Source of the DNA: a virus
Lineage: Duplodnaviria; Caudoviricetes
DNA length: 64,000 bases
Direction: 5' to 3' (one strand)
Virus record (IMG/VR): IMGVR_UViG_3300033068_000352
Coordinates: 1,191-65,190 of that record
Under the pieces are notes generated by a model, which did no database searches, had not been told where the DNA came from, and saw nothing but the letters and a program-made list of their open reading frames with translations. Below are positions 36,101-44,779 of this stretch, piece by piece. Every line of letters starts with the position of its first letter. The first letter of the stretch is position 1. The position numbers were made by a program, and so were the translations under genes.

Positions 36101-36408
36101 CGGATTCTATCAGAGCTCGACTCTCTGATGGTGAGTATGTGATCCGGGCGGCATCCGTACGTCGTTATGGCACTGGGCTTTTTGATCAACTGAATCGGGG
36201 TGTTGCTAAATTTGCTTCCGGTGGTCAGGTCGGTGCCGCACCACGAACTCCTTCTGCCGTCCCACAGCTACAGCTTTCTCCAAGGGATCGCATGGCCCTT
36301 CGTGGCTCCTCAGGAAACCAGACCATCCAGCTTGTGGTAGATGGCAGGGTTCTAGCTTCAGTTGTCAATAACGAGAATGCAAACAACCAGTTTACAGGAG
36401 CGAGCTAA
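33109..36408 (+). CDS. Tape measure protein
   Basis: About 1100 aa, Ala-rich helical, hydrophobic centre, C-terminal GPGTGTSDSI.ARLSDGEYV. Confidence 0.95.
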   Translation: MADDEKFRVSLTFDTNDAEGNVIRLQNLLAKLVLATQGEDAALKNLQNSLNRYVQTATGAAAATDKNAKAADRLAQSDNLVARAAAGQASAVEQLGRAQGQAIEMNKRFDEQNRKNANSTRNVGYELLVVGGIITTVGQKLLGFAKLALGAGIEYERAFANVVRTASDGSISIDRLRSSLIELTTQIPESFANITEIASLGGQLGIAGTGIKDFTSVVARLTATTDLTAEAAGTALGRFQALLGLPSDKFENLASAILKVGVNSVATESQIVAISTQISSMADFAGFTADQVVGLAGALASVGAAPELSRGTITRTFALISKAIASGSEKLDEFARISGVSSEDFAAAFGTARFAGVFQSFLANLGKMQDEGKNTVITLNSLGITSVRDVPLLLRLAGATDTVTKTFADAASGFRDATELNKQYGIIASTTASRIQLLVNNVQNFLATIGGSATGPLSDFVDILSEAVKALTAFLSTDAGQHVAFIGLAVSALVGVLFTLVGAVTFAAGTFLLLRNAADALGFSSTALGAKMNLSTLSLTTMSTAARGALAALNPLLIAVTAISLVLGHTDDIQSFAQGLYGIDSSASAADKRLNSLQSTVKAFDVNKLVKDAALPFLNPIGFTTDQKSLADLKNIGKEMANIVSLNRSVGAAAGFGDFAKVDESIAALVKSGNIVEARKRFDELKATADKLGVNKDIFNAAFPDAINSFKGLSAETEAAAQKQYDFAESEDAAAAATEALATKLLVTPEALKSLGDALVKGSSSFFSFGDIINDLASRQEELARQTAVDSGDSADNWKEYSDSSITSLDNFAAGLQGQVDAQKAWADNLRILAARGATGFVTELAKLGPAGAGVAAQAVDATTEQLNQLEINSQLAGFLSSQAFADAFTAGTPDLIAAYKLGGVEAVRGLIAEQVNGAPGAVSQMVSAYNKQLAQNKLKIYANTQPATDAVNAFLNNVANSGASPFIGAGAGAGSGGNVMRYAAAGGLMRGPGTGTSDSIRARLSDGEYVIRAASVRRYGTGLFDQLNRGVAKFASGGQVGAAPRTPSAVPQLQLSPRDRMALRGSSGNQTIQLVVDGRVLASVVNNENANNQFTGAS

Positions 36409-37370
36409 TGAGCGGTACCATGATCTTCGGGACGCTGTACGATAAGAACATCCCCGGCACCAGCGCCACTACAACAAACGCCAAGATGAGCATCGTGTCG
36501 GCTCCTGATCCGGGTATGACAGCGGCTTCTGTAGGTTACACCCAGACGCTTGAGTTTGAGAATTCTGGTGCTGATGTGGTGGAGAATGCCGCCAAGCGCC
36601 GAGTTTATTCGATGGACTGGAACTTGCGAGAATCTTCCGGGGCTACCGGTCTGGACCTGATTCGTGGCTACCACCAGAAGCTCTACGGACCCGGACTGAT
36701 CTACTTCGCAGACCCGATGAATTACTCTACTAACCTCCTGTCTCCACAGTGGGCCAACCCAGCGCTTGTCGAGCAGGGGTGGAAGACTATAGGCCCTACT
36801 CCCATTGGCTATACGAATTACTCCGGGGGCGGGACGAACCAGCCTCGCAGGATCGCAAACTTCGAGTATGCTGGTAGTGCGAATTTCGTCCCCACCACGG
36901 CGAACTCTATCATGGTGCTCCCCATCCATCCGGACAATACATTATGGGTGGGTTTTCGTGCTCTTGCAGCAGGCGGTGGCGTGGTACGCGTGAGGCCGAT
37001 ATTGCAGAGCGGGGCCTATGATACGGTAGTTGACCTTACCCTACTAAGTCCCGCCTCTTCCACAAAGCTTAATTCCTCGTTCTCTGGAGCGACATATAAG
37101 GCTGTTGAGATTTACCTGAGCCGCACGACTGGGACACTGACTTCCACTATGGATATCTACAGCGCTATAGCCCAGCAGTGGCCTACCGGCTACACGCCCG
37201 TCCTCACAGGAAACTGGGTTCCGGGTGCTGGAGCAAATGGCTGCAAGTTCGCCTCGGATGCTATTGTCGAATCCTACGTGTTCGCAGATGCTTCTTATGG
37301 GGTCCGCCACTACAAGGGTATGAGCATTGACCTTGTGGAAACTGGTCCTTGGGCGCGCACCGGCACCTGA
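36408..37370 (+). CDS. Minor tail protein (distal-tail-like)
   Basis: First gene after the tape measure. Confidence 0.75.
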   Translation: MSGTMIFGTLYDKNIPGTSATTTNAKMSIVSAPDPGMTAASVGYTQTLEFENSGADVVENAAKRRVYSMDWNLRESSGATGLDLIRGYHQKLYGPGLIYFADPMNYSTNLLSPQWANPALVEQGWKTIGPTPIGYTNYSGGGTNQPRRIANFEYAGSANFVPTTANSIMVLPIHPDNTLWVGFRALAAGGGVVRVRPILQSGAYDTVVDLTLLSPASSTKLNSSFSGATYKAVEIYLSRTTGTLTSTMDIYSAIAQQWPTGYTPVLTGNWVPGAGANGCKFASDAIVESYVFADASYGVRHYKGMSIDLVETGPWARTGT

Positions 37371-37401
37371 TATACTGGATAAGTTGAGGAAGGCTCATTA
37401 A

Positions 37402-39717
37402 ATGACTGCATCACTTATTCTTACCGGCTCGGGCACGGTTGGAGAAATTCAAACATGGAGTGTTACGGAGGAGATTACCCCCGTTTCTGTGGGAGACTCT
37501 AGCGGTAGTACCGGTAGCGTCTCGATCACCGTTGCTCAGGGTGAAGACTCTGAGTTTGTTGTAGACAACCTCTCAACCTTCACCGAGTCTGCGCTGGGCA
37601 GCATCTCCGGCAAGGTGGGGCAGTTGTCCTCTAGCGGTGCCACAGAGGCAACCGACACCTCTCTCCCATTGCAGTTGACCACTCCGATCAGCACACTGGC
37701 TCGGGACGTGGATGCACAACTAGTAGCTGATGTTTACGCTTACGACTTGGAGGCTGGTGTCGAAGACCTTCCATTCACCCCGTTCGGAAGCAATTACTCT
37801 CGTATCCGACTGACTCACAACTCTGACGGTTCAACCACCTACATCTACCAGAGTTCTGCCACAGAACTGTCCATCACTAATATCGTAAACGGGGTGGCGA
37901 CAACATACCTTACAGGCATTACCGGCTCTGATCTTATTGTGCGGGGGTTCGTATCAGACTCTTCCTTGAACTACTATGTGGCGACTCAGGTAAGCTCTGT
38001 CCCTAAGATTTTCAAGATAAGCTCTATTGGCGCGCTGATCACTTCTGTGGGGGCCTCGGGTACGGGTAATGGGCAGTACGGTGCATGGGATTTGAATGCT
38101 GTGAATGCCATCGCCATTGATGACACTTTCACCTATCTTCTTGTGGCGGACACTGCCAATAACAGGGTGCAGACTTTGTTGACCTCAACTTTAGCTTATT
38201 CGTCGCAGTTCGCGGTGCTGTCCCCGCTTGTACTGACAAGCGCCAACAACTACGTGTACGTTATGAGGTACGCTACTGACAATAGCGCGATACGGGTGTT
38301 TACGCTGGCTGGCACCAGTACCGGCAACGCAACCATCAGCGGTATTCAGTCGTTGGCGGGTTTCGTTCCCATTGCTCTAGAAATCTCTAAGAATTCTACC
38401 AGTATCACCGAGTATCGCAAACTCATCATCGTCGGGCGCGGGACCGGAGTCGGGTATATCGGGGCCACCATGACGGGGAATTTTTCCAGAATTGTTCCTG
38501 ATAATCTTTTGAATTTGCAGCCCGTGGTCGATGCGAATAAATTCCTTGTAGTCAATACCCCTCTCTATGACGGTTCGCTTGGTTCAACCTATCTTCGGAC
38601 GATCACCGACCCTACAACTAACGATTCTGGCGCTGTCAAGAAATTCATTTCGGACGCCACAACTATAGCTGGACTGCTTTCGTATTATCTCGCTTTGGGG
38701 AAGGTCAACAGATTCAAGTATTCTGCCAGTCAGAATCCTAAGATTACAGCTATTCCGTGGTCTGGATCACTGTGGACCAAAATCAAGGACCTTCTTTCCG
38801 CTTACGAGATTGAGCTTGCGGTGGTGGACAACGTTCCTACCGTGCGCGATATCGGGATTAACGTGATGACTCTGGATAATGTCCTCGCCGGGACAGCTAA
38901 TCTTACTCTTGACTCTAGGGCGTCAGCAACGGAATTGAACATCAAGTCTTATGATAATTCATCTGCCCTGTTCAGCGCCTATGACGCCAGAATCGCGCAA
39001 GGCTCTTTCAGTGTAGGAGTGGGAACTGTCTCTACGTACACCCTTGTGACTGATTCCTACACGCTGTACCCTCTCTCTTTTGATTACTACGTCGAAGATT
39101 CTGCGGGCATAATGGTGACCCTTCCGACCTTTGGTGCCGCTGGTGGTGATCTTACCGCATATGTCACAAGAGACAACCCGAAGGCTATCAACTTGATCTT
39201 CACGGGGCCTTCTAGTGTGATTGCGGGGACAACCGCGCCCTACTCCCTCACCGTCAACAAGAGTCCGTATCTGATTATCAAAGCCTATGGTCTGTATACC
39301 AGCCCCGTTCAGTACACCCTTCCAACCGGAGGTGACCCGGAAAAAACTGGAAGCAAGAACACGAAGGACATTGACAACATCTTCATCAACAATGTCTCTC
39401 GAATGTACGATGCAGCCAATAGGTTCTCGGCAGATGCGGCAGGGTCTAAAGCTACTCTGGAATTCTCATTGCCCACCTCAGAGGTTTCCAAGTTCGGGTT
39501 GTCCATTGGCTCTCTAGTCTCAATGAAGGAAGCTGTCTACCGGATCACCAGCGCCACCATTGGAAAGTCTAAAACTGATTTCAGTGCAGACAACTATACG
39601 ACCACTGGGGCGTTCGATGCCAACGTCTCGGGCAAAACTACCGGGGATTTCGACACCTTCTGGTCCGGTAATGACACTCAGGACGTGAAGATCAAACCAT
39701 TACGACCTATTGCATAA
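37402..39717 (+). CDS. Minor tail protein with an internal NHL/beta-propeller-like segment
   Basis: GQYG...AIAIDD..YLLVADTANNRVQ motif. Confidence 0.75.
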   Translation: MTASLILTGSGTVGEIQTWSVTEEITPVSVGDSSGSTGSVSITVAQGEDSEFVVDNLSTFTESALGSISGKVGQLSSSGATEATDTSLPLQLTTPISTLARDVDAQLVADVYAYDLEAGVEDLPFTPFGSNYSRIRLTHNSDGSTTYIYQSSATELSITNIVNGVATTYLTGITGSDLIVRGFVSDSSLNYYVATQVSSVPKIFKISSIGALITSVGASGTGNGQYGAWDLNAVNAIAIDDTFTYLLVADTANNRVQTLLTSTLAYSSQFAVLSPLVLTSANNYVYVMRYATDNSAIRVFTLAGTSTGNATISGIQSLAGFVPIALEISKNSTSITEYRKLIIVGRGTGVGYIGATMTGNFSRIVPDNLLNLQPVVDANKFLVVNTPLYDGSLGSTYLRTITDPTTNDSGAVKKFISDATTIAGLLSYYLALGKVNRFKYSASQNPKITAIPWSGSLWTKIKDLLSAYEIELAVVDNVPTVRDIGINVMTLDNVLAGTANLTLDSRASATELNIKSYDNSSALFSAYDARIAQGSFSVGVGTVSTYTLVTDSYTLYPLSFDYYVEDSAGIMVTLPTFGAAGGDLTAYVTRDNPKAINLIFTGPSSVIAGTTAPYSLTVNKSPYLIIKAYGLYTSPVQYTLPTGGDPEKTGSKNTKDIDNIFINNVSRMYDAANRFSADAAGSKATLEFSLPTSEVSKFGLSIGSLVSMKEAVYRITSATIGKSKTDFSADNYTTTGAFDANVSGKTTGDFDTFWSGNDTQDVKIKPLRPIA

Positions 39718-39731
39718 GGTAGACTAGTAAA

Positions 39732-39836
39732 GTGAGTATTAATAACGTTAAGTCGAACGCCCCGGCCAACATGCAGGACTGGGTGCGCGAAGTGGAAGAG
39801 CTTTTGCGGGCCTTCCAAGAAAGTCAGGCTAAATAA
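39732..39836 (+). CDS. Small protein, 34 aa
   Basis: TAGACT-N6-GTG; stop overlaps the next ATG. Confidence 0.55.
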   Translation: MSINNVKSNAPANMQDWVREVEELLRAFQESQAK

Positions 39837-40501
39837 TGGCAACAACTACTGGCGATAACATCTTCTATCGTACAAGCTCTACAGCCGCAGCGCTTGAGGC
39901 TGAGTCTGCCACGCAGGCAGGGTCGATTCAGGTAGCCTTAAACAATAGGGCTCAGAAGAATTACAGGTGGGCAAACGCCATAGTCAAGAGCGCGCAGACC
40001 GGGATGGCCATTAATGATACGGGCTATGTTGTCACTGAGAATATCACTTACCGTTATAATGGGTCCGTCTGGGACGCGTGGGATTCGGGCTGGATCACTT
40101 CCATTAATGCCCCCACTAACTTAACTGTAGGTACCGGAGGTTCTGCTACTAGCGTGCAGCGCTATAAGTATATTAGTGGCAAGATTTATTTCGATTACAC
40201 CTTCGTATTGGGCACTACCGGTGCTTCTGTTGGGGTCGCACCTAGCCTGAACTTACCCATTTACTTGATGATGCGTTCAGGAGGCGTCGAGTCGCTGGGG
40301 ATGGAAACGGGTGTCATCTATGACCTGTCAGCCGCTTCGACTGTCGGCTATACCAAGCACTTGCTCCTCACCAGCAATACGGTAAGAATCTCCTACAACA
40401 CTGCAACGACTTGGGCAATCACTAATATCACGGCCACGGCACCTATAACTTTCGCTTCTGGTGATGTGATTGCCGGTGCGTTCTGGGCGGACCCCGCTTA
40501 A
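39836..40501 (+). CDS. Minor tail or receptor-binding protein
   Basis: Position; Thr/Gly-rich beta C-terminus. Confidence 0.7.
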   Translation: MATTTGDNIFYRTSSTAAALEAESATQAGSIQVALNNRAQKNYRWANAIVKSAQTGMAINDTGYVVTENITYRYNGSVWDAWDSGWITSINAPTNLTVGTGGSATSVQRYKYISGKIYFDYTFVLGTTGASVGVAPSLNLPIYLMMRSGGVESLGMETGVIYDLSAASTVGYTKHLLLTSNTVRISYNTATTWAITNITATAPITFASGDVIAGAFWADPA

Positions 40502-41256
40502 TGCGTAGGCCAATCGACAGGCCGGTTGAGGTCACGGGAGACACTGCAACCCATGCACGGTACGGTGTAAAAAATGCTAATGATTATGCGCTACCGAACG
40601 GTGCTCATTGGATTGCGCCCATTAATGGATACGCATATCCGTACACCTCTGACACTGGTGGGTATAGCACTCGCTTCGTAGTAGATGGAGCTACAATCTA
40701 TCTTCAGCATGGGACTTATGCTGGTCGTCCTTCCGGTTGGATCACTGAGGGAAATATTCTTGGGACCGTGGGACGCTCGGGAACGGCATGGCTAGGGTAT
40801 CACCTGCATGTGTGGGTAGAGCCTGATACTGGCGGTCGCCTGTCCTTCGAAGAGTGGCTTGGCAAACTGGGTTATCGTCAAGTGTACTTATATGACATTG
40901 CTCCCACGACCGTAACATCAACTGCCGGGGGTGGTGGAAAGCCCATTCCCCTAGAGAAAAGGAAGAAAGACATGTCAACTCTTTATGTAAAGGCTAGTAC
41001 CGGTGACAAGAAGGGCGGCCTCAATAGCATCTGGGCTCTCGCTGGTGATGCTGGAACGCCATGTGCAGCAAACTGGTATGAATTTACCCGTAACCCTGCT
41101 GACGGTGGCACCAACGACAAGGGAAAACGGATGACCGATGGGAAGGGTCTGGGTATTTTCCTTACTGACGCTGAATGGGATAGCCTCAAGAAGTCCTATA
41201 CCACACCGGTGCCCATTACCCTGTCTGCTGAAACCATTCAGGCCCTGAAGGCGTAA
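40501..41256 (+). CDS. Endolysin, M23 peptidase type
   Basis: H...ND motif, YLQH, G.VGRSG.A.GYHLH. Confidence 0.82.
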   Translation: MRRPIDRPVEVTGDTATHARYGVKNANDYALPNGAHWIAPINGYAYPYTSDTGGYSTRFVVDGATIYLQHGTYAGRPSGWITEGNILGTVGRSGTAWLGYHLHVWVEPDTGGRLSFEEWLGKLGYRQVYLYDIAPTTVTSTAGGGGKPIPLEKRKKDMSTLYVKASTGDKKGGLNSIWALAGDAGTPCAANWYEFTRNPADGGTNDKGKRMTDGKGLGIFLTDAEWDSLKKSYTTPVPITLSAETIQALKA

Positions 41257-41726
41257 TGAAGAAGTTCCTCGCTAAGCTTCGTGAGCCTATCGTCACTGAC
41301 CGCAGCGTAGACCTGCTAGCCAGTCTGGCGTGGGCTTGCTTCGCTTGGTGGGGGCTCGCTTCCGTGCTCGTCGGGATACCCAGTATTTCCAGCGAATCTA
41401 CCCCCCTCTATGAGGCAATCTGGGGTGGGTGGATCGGGGTAACCTCTCTGATCGCATCGCTTTCGGCTTTCTCAACCTTCTTCCACTTCAAGCGGATAAC
41501 CCGTGCGTTCAAGAAGAAGGCCGAACGCCTAGCGACATTACTCATGTTGGTTGGTGTAGTTGTTTACCCATCCGTTATTATTACTAAAGCATTCTATGAC
41601 CCTAATTACGTCGCAGTTGCGGGAATCGCCGTGTTTTACACGCTTCTCCCCATTTGGCGAGCGCTGCATTTAAGCAGTCGTATCCGAACCTTGAAAGAAT
41701 TGGCCCCTAACAATGATGCTGGTTGA
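41256..41726 (+). CDS. Four-TM membrane protein (holin-like)
   Basis: Four hydrophobic helices; follows the endolysin. Confidence 0.7.
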   Translation: MKKFLAKLREPIVTDRSVDLLASLAWACFAWWGLASVLVGIPSISSESTPLYEAIWGGWIGVTSLIASLSAFSTFFHFKRITRAFKKKAERLATLLMLVGVVVYPSVIITKAFYDPNYVAVAGIAVFYTLLPIWRALHLSSRIRTLKELAPNNDAG

Positions 41727-42141
41727 GGTAGCAGAAGACACTACGAACTATATCACCCTGCTTGGCGGTCCCGTTATCACCGGGGCCATCCTGATCGTAG
41801 TAGCCATCATACAGTCGATTCGCGCTAAGCGCAGCAATACCGACGTGGTTGATGTTAGCAAGAGAGAAGCCACTGTGCATGAGTTTGACGTTATGCGGCA
41901 GGGCTTCTTAGACTCTATTGCTGAACTAAGGAAAGCTCGGGAAGAGGATAAGGAAGAATTCAATACCAAGCTTGCCGAGATGGAACAGCGGTTGAATGCA
42001 CAGGGCGAGCAGATCAGCACCATGCAGGATGAGCGTGGCGAAATGCTAGATCATATGAGCAGCCTTGAAGGAATGATCCCGGTACCACCCGGTGCCCCAA
42101 AGCGCCCTCAGTGGCGCTACACCGGCCTTACGCGGCTTTAA
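41713..42141 (+). CDS. Membrane-anchored coiled-coil lysis accessory protein
   Basis: One TM helix, a coiled coil and a Pro-rich end. Confidence 0.65.
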   Translation: MMLVEVAEDTTNYITLLGGPVITGAILIVVAIIQSIRAKRSNTDVVDVSKREATVHEFDVMRQGFLDSIAELRKAREEDKEEFNTKLAEMEQRLNAQGEQISTMQDERGEMLDHMSSLEGMIPVPPGAPKRPQWRYTGLTRL

Positions 42142-42167
42142 ATTTATACTTAGTACAGTTAGATCAA

Positions 42168-42205
42168 AGGCCCCAGAAAACGTCTTAGATGACGATCTGG
42201 GGCCT
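42168..42205. terminator. Bidirectional terminator at the convergence of the two arms
   Basis: AGGCCCCAGA/TCTGGGGCCT inverted repeat. Confidence 0.8.
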
Positions 42206-42218
42206 ATTGAACACGGTC

Positions 42219-42980
42219 CTACAGTTGACGGAAGTCGGCTCGCGCAATAGACTTGCCCGACTTAAACCACTTGCCACAGTCAGGGTTCAAGCAACGGTAG
42301 CGCTGATAGCTGGAAGTACCCGTGTGAGCCAGCCCGCGCTTCTCGTACTCCAGCGAGCCGCAGGACGGGCAACCCTCAACGTCAGGGTCGAACAAGTTAA
42401 GGTTCGGGTGGTTACGAATCCACGGCAGTAGTGCATCGTAAATGTCAACCAGAAGATCAACATCCTGAATGTTGTACTTCTTCATGATGGCCCAAGCCTT
42501 AGGGTCACCATTCATGCAGGCAATCCAGAGTTCGTGCCCGCCCGTGGACTTCTTCTGCCCGATACCCAAAAGCTGAGCCACGTAATCCAGCTTGTTACTG
42601 AGGAGTCGGAACTGACTCTTGGCCGCAACCATCAGGTCGATTTCCTTGGTGGGGCTAGGGGGTGTCATCCCCGCTTCGAGGAATTCTCGGTTTGCGTGCT
42701 TGGTGTCGAACCCGGCACCGTTCCATGAAACGATAGCGTCTGCCTCGTTCATGTTATCCCACAGCGACTGCACCATGGCTTCCTTGCCATCATGGTAGGT
42801 GGACTTGAAAATCTTCTTCTTCTCACCCGCCCAGCGCCATGCGTAAGAGAGCATGTAGGGCTGCTCCAGAACCTGATTGATAGAGTGATCCTGCTGGAAT
42901 AGCCCCCAACTGTGAACTACAGCAGGTGCCATCTCAATATCCCAAAACCCCAAGCGTAAAGTCATTTTCCCTCTTTCCAA
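42219..42980 (-). CDS. RNase H-like (DEDD) 3'-5' exonuclease with a C-terminal zinc ribbon
   Basis: WDIE, WNG.GFD, YNIQDV, CPSCG...C.NPDC. Confidence 0.85.
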   Translation of the reverse strand: MERGKMTLRLGFWDIEMAPAVVHSWGLFQQDHSINQVLEQPYMLSYAWRWAGEKKKIFKSTYHDGKEAMVQSLWDNMNEADAIVSWNGAGFDTKHANREFLEAGMTPPSPTKEIDLMVAAKSQFRLLSNKLDYVAQLLGIGQKKSTGGHELWIACMNGDPKAWAIMKKYNIQDVDLLVDIYDALLPWIRNHPNLNLFDPDVEGCPSCGSLEYEKRGLAHTGTSSYQRYRCLNPDCGKWFKSGKSIARADFRQL

Positions 42981-43594
42981 CCTCGTAAGTAGCTTATCAT
43001 ATTGTTAAGAATTTCAGTCGAATCATTGACCATGCCTAAGGCGTTATTGCAAAGGCTACAAAGAATTCCGCGCACACAGTCAGGGCATCCGGAACCATCT
43101 TCGTGATGAGAATGGTCGTGGTCAACGTGCCAACCTCGCGTCCCCGGCTCGGTTCTTTTGCATATCGCACACCGACCGTCCTGACGTTCAAGCATTCTCT
43201 CAAAATCTTCTACGCTTATGCCGTATCTTCGCAAAAGTTGAGCCTTTCTGCGAATCTCTGGGGCGCGAATATGCCTAGCAATACTCATCTTCTGAGTACA
43301 TTCGATGCAGGCTATTTGCAGACCATCAGCAGTAGCGTTTCCTTTGTAGAATAGACTGGGGTCCACCCAGTGTGCCGCATAAATGCAATACTTGTGTCCA
43401 TCTTCGTTTCTTTCCAGTGTGGCGTTAGCTACTCGGACAAATCGTATTTTACGGGGCTGTCCGCCATTTTTGACGTGCCTGTAATGAGGATCACAGTGGC
43501 CATCAGCCACTACAGTCCGAATGCATGATTCTCCATCAATAATAGCCTTGCACTGCTTGATCTGTTTTCCTCTTTCACTCTCCATAGCCCCCAT
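42962..43594 (-). CDS. Endonuclease VII-type nuclease
   Basis: RYGISVEDFERMLERQDGRCAIC...HVDHDH...VRGILCSLCN. Confidence 0.9.
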   Translation of the reverse strand: MGAMESERGKQIKQCKAIIDGESCIRTVVADGHCDPHYRHVKNGGQPRKIRFVRVANATLERNEDGHKYCIYAAHWVDPSLFYKGNATADGLQIACIECTQKMSIARHIRAPEIRRKAQLLRRYGISVEDFERMLERQDGRCAICKRTEPGTRGWHVDHDHSHHEDGSGCPDCVRGILCSLCNNALGMVNDSTEILNNMISYLRGWKEGK

Positions 43595-43651
43595 GTAAAT
43601 AGTCTAGCACGGCGTGTCGTACTGATCGTTCTTGGTGTAAACTGGAAATCT

Positions 43652-43741
43652 ATGAATAACGAAACTAACACAGATTCTGTCGGTGGTTACTGCGTAATGA
43701 CCGATCCCATGGACGACCTTCAGTGTGAAAGTTGCCAGTAA
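43652..43741 (+). CDS. 29-aa acidic micro-protein ending CESCQ
   Basis: MNNETNTDSVGGYCVMTDPMDDLQCESCQ; TAAACT -10 box 8 nt upstream. Confidence 0.65.
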   Translation: MNNETNTDSVGGYCVMTDPMDDLQCESCQ

Positions 43742-43776
43742 AAACCTGCTAAACTTATAGTAGGGAAGGAAACCTA

Positions 43777-44007
43777 ATGTTTACTATCGAATTTTGGAAG
43801 GCCGCTGGTGAGCGTGCTGTCTGGACGTTTGCCCAGTCCGCAATCGCAACCATCGGTGTCGGTTCTATCGGCTTCGGAGATGTTAACTGGATCGCTGTCG
43901 CATCAGTCGGTGGCGTTGCTGCTGTTATCTCGGTGCTCAAGTCGATCATCGTCAACGGTGTGACTGGCGATGGCCCTTCGATCACCAAGGCGGAAACGCT
44001 AGCCTAA
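43777..44007 (+). CDS. r1t-type holin
   Basis: FWKAAGERAVWTFAQ motif; two TM helices. Confidence 0.85.
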   Translation: MFTIEFWKAAGERAVWTFAQSAIATIGVGSIGFGDVNWIAVASVGGVAAVISVLKSIIVNGVTGDGPSITKAETLA

Positions 44008-44126
44008 TCTTTCTACTCTAACCCAAGTGCTTAATAGCCCAAGTGTTACAATAGAAAGGTAGGTGAACAATCTAACAGAATTGCCCTCGCGAATCCTGTC
44101 GTGTATAGTACAGGCCGGGGGCTCTT

Positions 44127-44594
44127 CTATGCCCGGAAGTATTTCCTGATCGTCGGCAAGTGATACTTGTCCCTCAGATGCCCGAGCGCGTGAACAATCG
44201 TATCGTTAGCATCCCGACCGTCATCATGGTTAGTACCCTGACCGCTCTGCCACAGTCCATGGTCTTTCAGAATCTGATCGTCCACAGTTTTCTCCGCCCG
44301 CAACCGCCAATAAATAGGTGCTGGGGATAGTGCCATCAGAATGCCCTCGATTGGTACTCCAGTTAGGTCAGGAAGGAACCGAAACACTTCTCCGGGGTTC
44401 AGTACGAAACGCTCTGCCACGACCGTATCGAGCGTTGACATTTTATTGTCAACGGAGCGGCACCAGTCAAGGAAGCCCTCAGCGCCTCCCTGAACCTCCC
44501 ACGCCTTCAGCAAGCGGTAGGCGGTGGTCGGGCCATAGAAGCCCAAGCTGACCCCGGTTGTTTCTCCGAAGTCAAAGGACCACAGGTTAGTCAA
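44127..44594 (-). CDS. RuvC-like Holliday junction resolvase
   Basis: WSFDFGETTG, VVAERF, DANDTIVHAL. Confidence 0.7.
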   Translation of the reverse strand: MTNLWSFDFGETTGVSLGFYGPTTAYRLLKAWEVQGGAEGFLDWCRSVDNKMSTLDTVVAERFVLNPGEVFRFLPDLTGVPIEGILMALSPAPIYWRLRAEKTVDDQILKDHGLWQSGQGTNHDDGRDANDTIVHALGHLRDKYHLPTIRKYFRA

Positions 44595-44779
44595 TCCGCC
44601 GCCTCTACTCGAAAACTGGTTCCACAATCTGGACAATAGTAATCATCACAGCAACCCTCAGAGCAACCTCCATCACTCAGCGCATTCGGATGCGAGTAGT
44701 GCTTTCCTTGCTCAATCACAATACCGGGGAAACATTCAATGCGTTCCATTGGAAACTTCTTTCTTGAACCTATCGTCAA
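44591..44779 (-). CDS. Small zinc-binding protein
   Basis: CSEGCCDDYYCPDCG. Confidence 0.65.
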   Translation of the reverse strand: MTIGSRKKFPMERIECFPGIVIEQGKHYSHPNALSDGGCSEGCCDDYYCPDCGTSFRVEAAD

